A DNA stretch of 64,000 nt from a virus (lineage: Duplodnaviria; Caudoviricetes), in the IMG/VR virus record IMGVR_UViG_3300010362_000015, positions 9,593-73,592 of that record; one strand, given 5' to 3'. This document shows, piece by piece, positions 42,070 through 51,548 of the stretch; position 1 is the stretch's first letter; each line of letters starts with the position of its first letter. The position numbers and the translations under genes are program-made. Below the pieces are notes generated by a model that searched no databases, had not been told where the DNA came from, and was given only the letters and a program-made list of their open reading frames with translations.

Positions 42070-43077
42070 CTATTGTGCAATGCCTGCGATCCCGCAGGCC
42101 GCGGTGACCTTCAGGACGCCGTTGACCGGATCGCTCTTGCACGCCACGTTGACCGTCACGCTGACGATGCCGTCCTGCTCACCATTGACCACAGTCTCGT
42201 ACTGAACCGACTCGAATAAGAAATTCACATAGTGGGTCGCATCGAAGGTGGCGTTGATGGCGGCTGTGCCGGTGGTTCCGGCGAGCAGCTTCGTATATTC
42301 GTCGCTGTTCTTCAGCAGGCGCGCGGTGAACGTCAGCGACGCAGCGCGCGGGCCGTATTCCAGGCGCCCGCGGATGGCCGCGCCGTTCTGCACGCCCGAG
42401 CCGGGATAGAAGCCGGGGCCGACCAATAAGTTGTTCTTCCAGCCGATGGAGCCCGAGAGCAGCGTCTTGGCAGCGATGTAGTCCTTGCCGTTGATGTTGA
42501 TGGTCATCCCGGCAGACAACATGTAGTGCTCGGCCACTACCGGCGGGATCGTCACGCCCGAGGGCGTGGTCATCTTTCCCGAGCCGACCCAGTTGACCGT
42601 GACGCGCCCCGATTGGCGGCCCGGCCCGTAATTGAACTCGTACAGAAAGTCTTCGATGGCGCATCCCAGGAAGGCGTTGTCGAGCGCCATGCCGCCGCCT
42701 TCGCAGACCTGCTCGGCTACAGTGAAGTACGGCAGCTCCAGACCGTTGAGGCAGGGATCGAGCGGCACGATGGTGTAGACGCCGGTGGCTTCGGTGACGC
42801 CGCCCAGGCCGAAGCACAGCGCCCAGGTCATGAACTCCGCGCTCGAATATTTGTCGATGCGGGCCGCGGGATTCCAGCTCACCGGAAAGACGCCCGAGGC
42901 CGAAATGAATTCATCGCCCTTGCCGATCTCACCGGCGTCGTTCTCGGTCATGAAGCCGGTCGGCGCAAGCTCCGCATTCAATTGCCTAAAACGTAAGAAG
43001 GTGGTTGCGGCAGTGGCGATGTCGGTCTGCTTGCCCTTGCTCAGGCCGAGGATTTTATTCTGTATGCGTGTTGCCAT
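42070..43077 (-). CDS. major tail (tube) protein, 335 aa
   Basis: GGAGGGAGGAG RBS; position; beta-rich tail-tube-like sequence. Confidence 0.75.
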   Translation of the reverse strand: MATRIQNKILGLSKGKQTDIATAATTFLRFRQLNAELAPTGFMTENDAGEIGKGDEFISASGVFPVSWNPAARIDKYSSAEFMTWALCFGLGGVTEATGVYTIVPLDPCLNGLELPYFTVAEQVCEGGGMALDNAFLGCAIEDFLYEFNYGPGRQSGRVTVNWVGSGKMTTPSGVTIPPVVAEHYMLSAGMTININGKDYIAAKTLLSGSIGWKNNLLVGPGFYPGSGVQNGAAIRGRLEYGPRAASLTFTARLLKNSDEYTKLLAGTTGTAAINATFDATHYVNFLFESVQYETVVNGEQDGIVSVTVNVACKSDPVNGVLKVTAACGIAGIAQ

Positions 43078-43091
43078 AACTCCTCCCTCCG

Positions 43092-43631
43092 TTAATCAGG
43101 GCAGAGCAGATCCACGCCGGGCGGGCCGACGTCGCCTTTCTCTGCGAACACCATCATTGAGGACCAGAGATCCTGCCCCATCTCGTCGGTGCGGGGCATG
43201 CCGGTCGGCAGATCCATGAGCTGCAGATTGCCGTCGCACAGCTCGATGTAGCGGATGTTGTTGGCGGGCTCCGGCACGCTGATGGGATAGTTCATAGCCA
43301 TCCACCAGAGATCGGCGGCGCTCAGCGAGCTGTGATTGGTGACGACGTCGGTGGCCTTGTTCCGGCTGCGCACATAGCAGCCGATCTGATGTTTCCAGAC
43401 CGTCTGGCCGTCGAAGTTGCCGCCCAGGTAAGCCAGATAGCCGAGCAGGATACTCGGCTGCCGCATGGTCGCCAGATCCTTGGCCAGTGCGTTCTCCTCG
43501 CCCGAGTAGTAGTAGTGACCGTAGATCGTCTGAGTCGCCGGAACCGCCGGGCCGCCCAGCTCGGCGACCAGCTGCGGGATCGAGCGCAGCGATTCGAGGA
43601 TCGCATCCAGCACTACGGTGGGTTGCAGCAT
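43092..43631 (-). CDS. tail terminator / completion protein
   Basis: Position directly before the tail tube; 179 aa. Confidence 0.55.
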   Translation of the reverse strand: MLQPTVVLDAILESLRSIPQLVAELGGPAVPATQTIYGHYYYSGEENALAKDLATMRQPSILLGYLAYLGGNFDGQTVWKHQIGCYVRSRNKATDVVTNHSSLSAADLWWMAMNYPISVPEPANNIRYIELCDGNLQLMDLPTGMPRTDEMGQDLWSSMMVFAEKGDVGPPGVDLLCPD

Positions 43632-43634
43632 GAC

Positions 43635-43988
43635 TCATTGGCCGTATGGCAGCTCCCGGCGGCGCATGCGCAGGTGCAGGCCTCCCACGCGGTCGCCATC
43701 CGACTGCACGATGTCGTAGTCCACGCCTCCGTAGGTCGCCGTATCGCCGCGCACTCCCATCAGGCCCTGACTCGCGGGGATGAAGAGGAGCAGCATGCCG
43801 GTCCCCTGCGGCGAGCCGGGCACGTAGTCTTCTTCCATGAACGGGTTCTTGACCACGCAGTGCGCCGATATATCGAGCGAACCATCGTTGAAATGGATGG
43901 TCACCGGCAACACGTCGCCGCCCTCGTACTTCTCGAAGGTGGCGGTGACGATGTCGTCGGCGATGGCCATGAGCGAATCGAAGTCCAT
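43635..43988 (-). CDS. head-tail joining protein (gpFII-like)
   Basis: MDFDSLM...GDTATYGGVDYDIVQSDGDRVGGLHLRM pattern. Confidence 0.65.
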   Translation of the reverse strand: MDFDSLMAIADDIVTATFEKYEGGDVLPVTIHFNDGSLDISAHCVVKNPFMEEDYVPGSPQGTGMLLLFIPASQGLMGVRGDTATYGGVDYDIVQSDGDRVGGLHLRMRRRELPYGQ

Positions 43989-43995
43989 GGGCTCC

Positions 43996-44361
43996 TCAAC
44001 GCTTGCGCGGCTTCGGCCTGGGCGAGTCCTCTTCGCCCACCTCGACCGCGGGCAGATCGGCCACGATGCAGGCCGCCACCGGGGTGATGGGCGCGACGGG
44101 CGGCTCCAGGCCCTGCATGCGCGCGAAGCGCTCGCGATAGTACTGCCGCGTGTTGGGCTGCGGATCGACCGGCTCCAGCAGCCGCTGCTCATAGAACTGC
44201 CGCAGGCGCATGCGGCGGATCGCAGGCGCGAACAACTCGGGATCGAGCGTCTCGCCGACTTCCACCGTGACGCCCCCTACCACCAGCGCACGGCGGGCCA
44301 CCTTCAGCGGCGGTACGCCGTTGCGCGTGAGCAAGGTCCAGGGTGTGAGATTGCGGATCAT
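43996..44361 (-). CDS. hypothetical virion-region protein, 121 aa
   Basis: ATGA overlap within the structural operon. Confidence 0.65.
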   Translation of the reverse strand: MIRNLTPWTLLTRNGVPPLKVARRALVVGGVTVEVGETLDPELFAPAIRRMRLRQFYEQRLLEPVDPQPNTRQYYRERFARMQGLEPPVAPITPVAACIVADLPAVEVGEEDSPRPKPRKR

Positions 44362-44645
44362 GGCGTGGCAGGCGGCGGCGTGGTCGCGGGCGCCGCGGTT
44401 GCGGGCGGTGCAGCGGCGGCCGCCTTCATGGCCGCCTTCTGTTCGGTCATGAATTCGTCTACGGCGCGCTTGCAGTCGCCGGTCACGTAGTGCTCGCGCA
44501 GATAGCCGCTCATGATGTCATACAGGCATTCGGCCTTCACGCCCGGGTCGAGCGGCGGCTCGGCTGGCGGCGTGGTGGCCGTCGTCGTAGGACTGGCGGG
44601 CGGTTGCGGCGTCGCCGTGGGATCGGGTGTCGGTGTAGTCGCCAT
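44358..44645 (-). CDS. Pro/Thr-rich protein, 95 aa, with YLREHYVTG core
   Basis: Low-complexity termini around a helical core. Confidence 0.7.
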   Translation of the reverse strand: MATTPTPDPTATPQPPASPTTTATTPPAEPPLDPGVKAECLYDIMSGYLREHYVTGDCKRAVDEFMTEQKAAMKAAAAAPPATAAPATTPPPATP

Positions 44646-44648
44646 GTA

Positions 44649-45365
44649 TCAGGCCCCTTTCACACTTAAGATCACAGAGCCGGTACGCAGGCTCTGGTTG
44701 ATTTTGTAAATGAACTGCAAGCAGACATCCTTCTCGGGCCCTGTGACCAGATGCTCGCGGACATACGTATTGACGGCTTCGCGCAGCGTGATGGCTTTGA
44801 AGTCCGAGGGCATTACGGTGAAGATCGCCGCGCCGGTTGCGACCTCGTTATCGGTTGTCACGATCACGTCCGACACGCCCATCTGGGCGGCTGCATCGAT
44901 GGTCAGGGTGGCCGAGAGATGGGTGGCGTCGATCAGCGTGATGTTAGACGCGGCGATTCCCGTGGAGCTGAATGTTATCGCCGACGTCGCCTTGAAGTTG
45001 GTGTTCTGCCCGGTGATCTCCACGTCTACCGTATCGCCCTGTGGCCCGCTGGCCGGAGCCACCGAAGCGAGCGCCGCGACCGGCTTTGCGCGAACCACTA
45101 CGTGGAACTGTCCAGCGCCGATTGCGACCTCGGCCCCGGTGGTCACCGTGACGTCGGATGCATCGAGCTGCGCCGCGGCGTCGATGGTGAGCGTGGCAGT
45201 CAGGTGCGTCGCGTCTACGAAAGCCACGTTACTGACGGCTATGCCCGTGTGGCTGAACGTGACCGTCGAAGTCGCGTCGAAAGTCGTCCCCGACCCGACG
45301 ATCTCGACGTTCAGCGAGTCGCCTTGCGAGGCGCTCGCCGGAGTCACGCTGGAGATCGATGCCAT
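44649..45365 (-). CDS. two IPT/TIG (Ig-like) domain protein, probable virion decoration
   Basis: Two ~88-aa repeats SVxPASxxQGD...VTVTTxxEVA; directly after the major capsid gene. Confidence 0.8.
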   Translation of the reverse strand: MASISSVTPASASQGDSLNVEIVGSGTTFDATSTVTFSHTGIAVSNVAFVDATHLTATLTIDAAAQLDASDVTVTTGAEVAIGAGQFHVVVRAKPVAALASVAPASGPQGDTVDVEITGQNTNFKATSAITFSSTGIAASNITLIDATHLSATLTIDAAAQMGVSDVIVTTDNEVATGAAIFTVMPSDFKAITLREAVNTYVREHLVTGPEKDVCLQFIYKINQSLRTGSVILSVKGA

Positions 45366-45373
45366 TGCTGCGC

Positions 45374-46453
45374 CTAGATGCAGTTCTGCAGGAATCCGCC
45401 CATGTCCGCGGAGATCACCTTGTGGACGTAGGCCGATTCGATTTCGACGTGCGTCGAGCGGTCGGGCTGGAAGTAGTAGGAGCTGATCCGCTCGCCCGCC
45501 TGCGTTGCGCCGAAGTAGCCCGACCATGCGAAGGTATAGCCGCAGGCCGGAGTGTTGAGGCCCGGCCGATCCGGGGTAAAGCCGATCCAAACGTGCGGGC
45601 CGGTCATGAAGGCGTTGGACTCACCGGCGTTGATCCCCGCGTTGTAAGTGGGCGGCGCATAGGCCGCGCCCGAATCGACGCCCGCGGCTTCAGCGGCGGT
45701 ATTGTAGATCGCCTCACTGACATGCACGCGATCCATTTCGAAGATCGCCGCGAGTACATCGAGCGTGACCTGGGCGGGCTTGGATGCAGTCTGCCCGTAC
45801 TTCACGCGATCCAGAAAGTCGGGATGATCGAGCAGCGCGTCGAACACCGGCCTGCCGATCACCATGCGATTCGGCCTGAAGGTGCAAGTCATCTGCACGA
45901 TACGCTTAAGGGTGCGGATGTCCTGAATGGGATTGGAGTTCGGATCACTCCATTTCATGAAGGTGTAACTGCTGGCCGTCGAGGTCGCCGGTGCGCTCGG
46001 ATAGGGTGGAACCGCCGCGGCCGCGCCCGACCACATATTCGACCAGACGCCCGGCTGGAAGAACGCCGCCATCCAGTTGTACTCGCGGTTGATGAGCGAG
46101 GCCGTGGTGAGCAGCTGCGTGGCTTCCATGTCGAGGTTGAAGACGCTGTCGGCGTTGCCGCGCACCTGATCGTCAATCGTCCTGCCGAGCGCCCAGACGT
46201 CGCATAGGTAATTGGGCACGGTATCGACGCGATAGCCTGCCGTCTTCACCAGCGTGCCGGGGGCGCGCTTCTGCATCAGGTTGCGGTTGAAGTCTGCGCG
46301 CGAGAAGACCGTGTACCGGTCGGAGATCTTCGCCACCGGAACGATGGGAAACACGTCGCGGGCGATGAATCCCGCTGCGTCCTGCGCGTACATCGCGCTC
46401 ATGTCGGTGAGCAGCGCATTGACGTGAACGTCACTCATTGTGGGTTGAGCCAT
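45374..46453 (-). CDS. major capsid protein (lambda gpE-like, HK97 fold)
   Basis: DVHVNALLTDMS...FIARDVFPIVPV start; 359 aa; position. Confidence 0.85.
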   Translation of the reverse strand: MAQPTMSDVHVNALLTDMSAMYAQDAAGFIARDVFPIVPVAKISDRYTVFSRADFNRNLMQKRAPGTLVKTAGYRVDTVPNYLCDVWALGRTIDDQVRGNADSVFNLDMEATQLLTTASLINREYNWMAAFFQPGVWSNMWSGAAAAVPPYPSAPATSTASSYTFMKWSDPNSNPIQDIRTLKRIVQMTCTFRPNRMVIGRPVFDALLDHPDFLDRVKYGQTASKPAQVTLDVLAAIFEMDRVHVSEAIYNTAAEAAGVDSGAAYAPPTYNAGINAGESNAFMTGPHVWIGFTPDRPGLNTPACGYTFAWSGYFGATQAGERISSYYFQPDRSTHVEIESAYVHKVISADMGGFLQNCI

Positions 46454-46463
46454 AGTCGTTCTC

Positions 46464-46862
46464 CTAGAAGGCTGCGTTGCCCGGCAGCAGCATGGCGCTG
46501 ATGATCATGACCTGGGCTGTTGACGCCAGCGGTTCCATGGCCTGAGCCACAGCCGTCCCGGCGCCGTGCGGAAGCAGCGTGCCGCCCGTGTCCACGTCGA
46601 GCAGCCCACCGGCCGCGACCACCTGCGAGGCCGAGATGGCCACCTTGGTGGTGCCCGAGCGCTGGATGGTGGCGGCCTGCCCACTCAGCGGATTGTTCTG
46701 TAAGACGCCCGCGCAGGCCTTGCCCGCGGCTGCGACGGCGGCCTTCACGCCCGGCGGATTGGCGGCGTCCGCAACGAGACTCACGGCGTAGAACTGCTTG
46801 CCGCTGAAGTCGGCGCCAGCGGGCGCGCTCACGGTATTGAGTAGTCCCTCGTTATAAGCCAT
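46464..46862 (-). CDS. capsid cement/decoration protein (DUF2190-like)
   Basis: AGVLQNNP...ATIQRSGTTKV...AGGLLDVDTGG motif; lies between protease and capsid. Confidence 0.75.
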   Translation of the reverse strand: MAYNEGLLNTVSAPAGADFSGKQFYAVSLVADAANPPGVKAAVAAAGKACAGVLQNNPLSGQAATIQRSGTTKVAISASQVVAAGGLLDVDTGGTLLPHGAGTAVAQAMEPLASTAQVMIISAMLLPGNAAF

Positions 46863-46885
46863 TCAATCCTCCTTCCTCTCGCGCC

Positions 46886-47557
46886 TCACATCGACCGGCG
46901 CACCGGCACGTCTTCCATGGCGGTGCTCAAGCCGAGGTTCTGCAGATAGCGCCGCTGGCTGTTGAGCACAAACTCGGTCAGCACCGGCCCGCGGCCCGAC
47001 GGCGACCGCGCGATGGCCTCGTCGCGTTCGGCGTTGTAGCCCTCGTAGATCTCCGGGTTCGCGCGCAGGATGCGCTCCATGGCCTGCGACTGCGAGAGCT
47101 GGCCGCCGGAATTGGCGGCCATGGTCCGCGCCTGCTGAATGGCCTGATCGACCGTGGAGCGCGCCCTGCCCACTCCCGTATCACCCGAGACGAAAGACCG
47201 AACGGAATTTTCCGCCGACATTTTCGCGCGCCGGTCGCGCAGGAACTTGCGGACCTGGGCCACGCTATATCCCTTCAAGATGTACTTGCCGGTGAGCTGC
47301 TCCATACCGGCGATCTCGCACAGCTCGGCGATCATCTGGGCCCGGGCTTCGGCGGCCACCGGCAGCTCGGTGACGTTGCCGCACTTGCCTTCGGCGTCGT
47401 CCTCGTCCTTGGCGGCCTTCTTGGTTTTCTTGTCGTCACCGGCCTGCTTGTCGTCCTGCTCTTCCTCTTCTTCTTCCTCGTCGTCCTTCGGTTCGGCGGC
47501 GAGCACGGCTTTGGTGTCGTCCTTTTCAGCCTTCTTCTCCTCGGCTTCCTTGGGCAT
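46886..47557 (-). CDS. in-frame internal scaffolding protein (Nu3-like)
   Basis: Strong AAGGAGG RBS before the in-frame ATG 47557 (MPKEAEEK); acidic linker; same layout as lambda C/Nu3. Confidence 0.65.
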   Translation of the reverse strand: MPKEAEEKKAEKDDTKAVLAAEPKDDEEEEEEEQDDKQAGDDKKTKKAAKDEDDAEGKCGNVTELPVAAEARAQMIAELCEIAGMEQLTGKYILKGYSVAQVRKFLRDRRAKMSAENSVRSFVSGDTGVGRARSTVDQAIQQARTMAANSGGQLSQSQAMERILRANPEIYEGYNAERDEAIARSPSGRGPVLTEFVLNSQRRYLQNLGLSTAMEDVPVRRSM

Positions 47558-48529
47558 GGATTCCTCCTTCGCTGGGGTTTCGGCGCTCGCGCCGGGATTG
47601 AAATTGAGCTGAGGCTTGGTCACCTTGCGGGTCAGCTCAGCCAAGACTTCCTCGCAGGTGGCGACCTCGTCGGCCAGCAGGCCGAGAGCTTGATCGCCGT
47701 ACTTGACGATGGCTTCGGTGTCGCGGATCTGCGCCGGAGTCGCGCCGCGGTTGCGCGCCACGCAGGCGACGAACATCTCGTACTCGCGGTCCACCTCGGC
47801 CTGGATATCCTTGCGCGCGCCCTTCGACAGCGGCTCGTGCGGGTTGCCGTCGATCTTCTTGCCGCCCGCGTACAGATACGTGAACTTCAGGCCCGCGGCC
47901 TCGTCGCTCGCCGACTGATCGACGTGCAGCGCGAACACTCCGATGCTGCCGACGCCGCCGGTGCGCGTCACGTACACCCGGTCGGCTGCGCTGGCCAGAG
48001 CGTAGGCCGCACTCGCAGCCAGATCGTTGGCGCAGGCCCACATGGGCTTGTCGCCCGACCGGCGCATCTGGAAGAGCGAGTCGGCCAGCTCGAAGCAGCC
48101 GTGCGTGGTGCCGCCCGGCGAATCCACATCGAGCAGCAGCGCCTTCACCTGGGGATCTTCGAGCGCCGCCGTACTCGCCCGCCTGACGCCCTCATAGGTG
48201 CTCAGGCCGGAGTACGCAGCCAGCCAGGAGTAGCGCTTCATGAGTGTGCCGCGGATAGGAATTACCGCCACACCTTCGGGCGTCAGCTTGTACGGTTTGG
48301 CCGCAGCGTCGTCGTCATCATCCATCTGCGCCTGGATGCGCGCCGCATGATCCGCCGGATGCGCCCCTGACTGCAGGGCTCCGCTGTCGATCAGATCGCA
48401 CAGCGCAGCCTCATCCAAACCCAGCCGCGGGCCCACCGCACGCAGTATGACTTCTAATTTTTCGGGGAAGATGGCCAGCGGGGTATTAAACACCAGAGAT
48501 GCGACATGAATTAGCGGACTCTTTGCCAT
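46886..48529 (-). CDS. S49 head maturation protease fused to scaffold (lambda gpC-like)
   Basis: LLDVDSPGG, ASAAYALASAAD and GSIGV S49 motifs. Confidence 0.92.
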   Translation of the reverse strand: MAKSPLIHVASLVFNTPLAIFPEKLEVILRAVGPRLGLDEAALCDLIDSGALQSGAHPADHAARIQAQMDDDDDAAAKPYKLTPEGVAVIPIRGTLMKRYSWLAAYSGLSTYEGVRRASTAALEDPQVKALLLDVDSPGGTTHGCFELADSLFQMRRSGDKPMWACANDLAASAAYALASAADRVYVTRTGGVGSIGVFALHVDQSASDEAAGLKFTYLYAGGKKIDGNPHEPLSKGARKDIQAEVDREYEMFVACVARNRGATPAQIRDTEAIVKYGDQALGLLADEVATCEEVLAELTRKVTKPQLNFNPGASAETPAKEESMPKEAEEKKAEKDDTKAVLAAEPKDDEEEEEEEQDDKQAGDDKKTKKAAKDEDDAEGKCGNVTELPVAAEARAQMIAELCEIAGMEQLTGKYILKGYSVAQVRKFLRDRRAKMSAENSVRSFVSGDTGVGRARSTVDQAIQQARTMAANSGGQLSQSQAMERILRANPEIYEGYNAERDEAIARSPSGRGPVLTEFVLNSQRRYLQNLGLSTAMEDVPVRRSM

Positions 48530-48550
48530 TTCGGAGCCACACTACGCGGC

Positions 48551-48626
48551 ATCATAGCAGGTTTGTTTTGAAAAACTAACAACTTCTTTCGGCGCAGTTA
48601 GTTAATCGGGTATATAATAGATACCC
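48551..48626. promoter_or_regulatory. divergent promoter region: leftward extended -10 for the capsid genes, rightward -10 with an inverted repeat for the HTH gene
   Basis: TGcTATGAT (minus, 48551-48559); TATAAT (48613-48618) within GGGTAT-N7-ATACCC. Confidence 0.55.
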
Positions 48627-48656
48627 AGAAGTTATGAGCAGTAATGAGATGTAACT

Positions 48657-48947
48657 ATGTCACTTACTGAGAAAGCCAAGAGTAATACCCGCACCAGACC
48701 GAGCCAACGCGGCCTCGGGCCGGAGGGCGGCGCATGGAGCATTCAGCAGGCGGCGGCGTGGTGCGGGATCGGCGAGCACAACCTGCGGCGGATGGTGCAG
48801 GCCCGGCAGGTGCCGTGCGCGTTCTTCATCGGTCGGAGGATTTTGCTGCCGCGCGAGGGATTCAAGGCTTGGTTCAACGGCGGCGGCGTGGCGCCGCGGA
48901 ATGCTCCGCGTAAGCCGGTGGGACGTTCGGTTACCCGGCCTTCTTGA
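48657..48947 (+). CDS. excisionase-type HTH DNA-binding protein, 96 aa
   Basis: WSIQQAAAWCGIGEHNLRRMVQARQVPCAFFIGRRILLPREGFKAWF pattern. Confidence 0.8.
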   Translation: MSLTEKAKSNTRTRPSQRGLGPEGGAWSIQQAAAWCGIGEHNLRRMVQARQVPCAFFIGRRILLPREGFKAWFNGGGVAPRNAPRKPVGRSVTRPS

Positions 48948-50637
48948 AGCCCGGTGCGGGGCCGTCTTCGGCGTCCTGCTGCTCTTCGTCTTCGACTGCC
49001 TCGGGCGGCCCCTCTTCGGCCACTTGGGGATTGGCTTCTTTGCCCACCAGAATCTTGCGCGGGTCGGAGTCGTACACCAGACCGGCAGCGTCGGCGCGCT
49101 CGTTGTCGCGCACCTGCTGCGCATCGATCTGGCTCGCGTCCTCGCCGGTTTCGGCGCACACGGCTTCACGCGATGTGAACCCGCAGCGCACCGCAGTCAT
49201 CTTGGCTTCCACGTCCTTGGTGGGATCGAGCCACGCCCAGCCGGATGCGTTCCATTGAACATCGAGATACTTCTCGGGCTCCTGCGCGTAGCCCGGCAGC
49301 ACCAGCCGACCGCTGAGCACGGCCTCGTCCATCCACCATCGCAGGATCGGCTCGCAGAACTGCGTGACCAGCACATTGAAAATGAACTGCTCGCACTTGC
49401 GGTGCGCGTCCTGCACGCCCGAGCGGATCGAGGAGAGGTTGACGCCGCGGAGATCGCCGGTGATCTGCTCGTAGGTCGCGCCGATGCCGACCGCGAACTG
49501 GTGCAGCATGGTGCTCATGAAGGTCCCGAGATCGTTGTTCTGCGGCAGGTTCGGAAACGTGATGTCCTCGCCGGGATACAGCTCGTTGAGCGAGCCCGGC
49601 TCGATGTGCGCGTTGCGGATGCCCGGCTGCGGGTAGCCGATGGCCGAAATATTCTGCGGCACGTTGGAGGGCAGGTCGGTGGGGATGATGTCCGACTCGG
49701 GCACCATCTTCTTGACGAAGCCCGCGAACATGGCTTGCACCTGACGCGCGACCACGGTGGCGTCGGTGTATTTGGCCAGCTCGTGCAAGAGCACCAGCAC
49801 AACCGACAGATGCGGCTGCCCGCGCAGCAGGCCTGCGCGATAGGGCTTGTAGCAGTGGAGCATGTGATCCGAGGTAATGCGGATGAACCGCAGCGGCGAG
49901 CTGCTGGCAAAAAACATCGTTTCGCCGGGGTGCTCCTCGAACATGTGGAAGGCGGCCAGCCGCCCGTCCTTGTCGAACTCCTTGCCGGTGCGCACCACCG
50001 ATCCCGCGGGCACCGTGGTCGAGCCTGAGCCTACCGCGGTGATGTTCAGCCAGATCGGGACCTGCTCGCTCTCGATCAATTGGAACTGGATAGGCACGCG
50101 CATGGGCCGCTTGAGGTTGGGGTTGGGCGACCATTTGTCGGGCCGCAGATGGCGACGGACGAACACTTCGCCGCCCTCGAAGATCTCGCGCGCGGCCAGC
50201 GCCTGCAGGCCGTAGAAGTCGCACAGCCCGGCCTGATCGATCTCGTTGGAGGTGGCCGACAGCGCGAACTCCGTCTCGATCTTGAGCTTCTGCTCATCGG
50301 GCAGGTTGCGCCATTTGGGCTTCACGCCGTTGCCGACGATCTGACTCTCGAAGTTATCTACGGCGCTCGCGGCCAGCGGGTTGTTCCTGATCTCATCGTG
50401 GCAGCGCGCCAGCATGAGATCGCGCGTGGCCCACAGCGACGTGGTCGGCCCCAGGCGAGTGGGATTCCAGGCGCCCAACCGGCGGCCCGTCTGGGAGGCG
50501 TCGTAGGGCGCCCCCGAGGCGCTGTAGCCGGTGTAGCTGCCGGGGAAGGTGGTGCCGTTGTCGGCCCGGCGCTGGACGACGCCCGGGGTCGAGCCCGATG
50601 GGTTGTGCAGGCGCGCGATGCTGCGTGAGGAAGCCAT
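48931..50637 (-). CDS. portal protein, lambda family
   Basis: RNNPLAASAV...IVGNG, LRGQPHL, NLSSIR, WLDPTKD and GFTSRE motifs; ATG 50637. Confidence 0.92.
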   Translation of the reverse strand: MASSRSIARLHNPSGSTPGVVQRRADNGTTFPGSYTGYSASGAPYDASQTGRRLGAWNPTRLGPTTSLWATRDLMLARCHDEIRNNPLAASAVDNFESQIVGNGVKPKWRNLPDEQKLKIETEFALSATSNEIDQAGLCDFYGLQALAAREIFEGGEVFVRRHLRPDKWSPNPNLKRPMRVPIQFQLIESEQVPIWLNITAVGSGSTTVPAGSVVRTGKEFDKDGRLAAFHMFEEHPGETMFFASSSPLRFIRITSDHMLHCYKPYRAGLLRGQPHLSVVLVLLHELAKYTDATVVARQVQAMFAGFVKKMVPESDIIPTDLPSNVPQNISAIGYPQPGIRNAHIEPGSLNELYPGEDITFPNLPQNNDLGTFMSTMLHQFAVGIGATYEQITGDLRGVNLSSIRSGVQDAHRKCEQFIFNVLVTQFCEPILRWWMDEAVLSGRLVLPGYAQEPEKYLDVQWNASGWAWLDPTKDVEAKMTAVRCGFTSREAVCAETGEDASQIDAQQVRDNERADAAGLVYDSDPRKILVGKEANPQVAEEGPPEAVEDEEQQDAEDGPAPGFKKAG

Positions 50638-50996
50638 CAGAAGGTCCCGGCTATGTGCGGCACAGCCAACAGGAACCGCGGCGACTCGGCGGCCAGCAGC
50701 TCGTCGATAGCCTCGCGCAGGATGGTGGCGGCCTTGCCGCCCTGCTCCTCGGCCATCATGGCGGCGATGTCGAGCGCGCGCTGGCGGGCGTCGTTGGCTG
50801 CGGCCATGTTGCCCCGCAGGGCTGCATCCTCGATCTTCAGCTCTTCGAGCGGATCGTCGGCCTCGACGCCCGAGACGAAGCTCCACAGCGCGTTGTCGCG
50901 GTACATCATCCAGATGCGCAAGGTCGAGACGAGCGCGGCCTTGGGCGTGATGATCGTCTTGGCCCTGGCCGTCGCCACTACGCTCGGCTGCGTCAT
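50637..50996 (-). CDS. hypothetical protein between gpW and portal, 119 aa
   Basis: Coupled ORF. Confidence 0.65.
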   Translation of the reverse strand: MTQPSVVATARAKTIITPKAALVSTLRIWMMYRDNALWSFVSGVEADDPLEELKIEDAALRGNMAAANDARQRALDIAAMMAEEQGGKAATILREAIDELLAAESPRFLLAVPHIAGTF

Positions 50997-50999
50997 CGC

Positions 51000-51221
51000 C
51001 TAGAGCCCCTTGGTGGTGTAGACGCGCAGCGTGCGATGCGCTCCGTTGGGGTTCTGCAGCAGATACGCGAATTGATAGGCCGCTATGCGGTCCTTGAGCG
51101 TCACATAAGTTACATCGCGATCCTGGAAGTGGACGCGCGCGACGCCGCCCGAGATCGAATCCTGGAGCGCAGCCAGCTGCAACTCAGCCGCGGTCGGAAG
51201 CGGATTGCCGGGTATGGCCAT
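51000..51221 (-). CDS. head completion protein (gpW-like)
   Basis: LQDSISGGVARVHFQDRDVTY...TTKGL motif; upstream of the portal. Confidence 0.75.
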   Translation of the reverse strand: MAIPGNPLPTAAELQLAALQDSISGGVARVHFQDRDVTYVTLKDRIAAYQFAYLLQNPNGAHRTLRVYTTKGL

Positions 51222-51253
51222 ATGCTCTCCTCCTGGCGCCTATTATGGCGCGT

Positions 51254-51544
51254 TCAGATTAACTTGTTGATCACAGCCTCGACGGCCCCCTGCAGGGCTG
51301 CGTCGGTGATGCTGGCCCCTCCTCCGTTCTGGACAGCGGGGTCCATGACCACCGGCGGCTGCAGCTGCAGCGCAACAGCGTCGGGCTGCTGATACATGGT
51401 TTGCGCCCAGCGCATGCGCGCGTTGTGGGCGGTGACGGTCGGCTCTTCATTCATGATCGAGGTCGCAAATTGCATGGCGCTGACCTTGATGCGACCGCGG
51501 AAAGGGACGTCGGTCATTAAGCTAGCGGATTCTTCGTAAGTCAT
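51254..51544 (-). CDS. hypothetical protein after the giant fibre (possible fibre chaperone), 96 aa
   Basis: Starts 4 nt after the fibre stop. Confidence 0.65.
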   Translation of the reverse strand: MTYEESASLMTDVPFRGRIKVSAMQFATSIMNEEPTVTAHNARMRWAQTMYQQPDAVALQLQPPVVMDPAVQNGGGASITDAALQGAVEAVINKLI

Positions 51545-51548
51545 AAAA

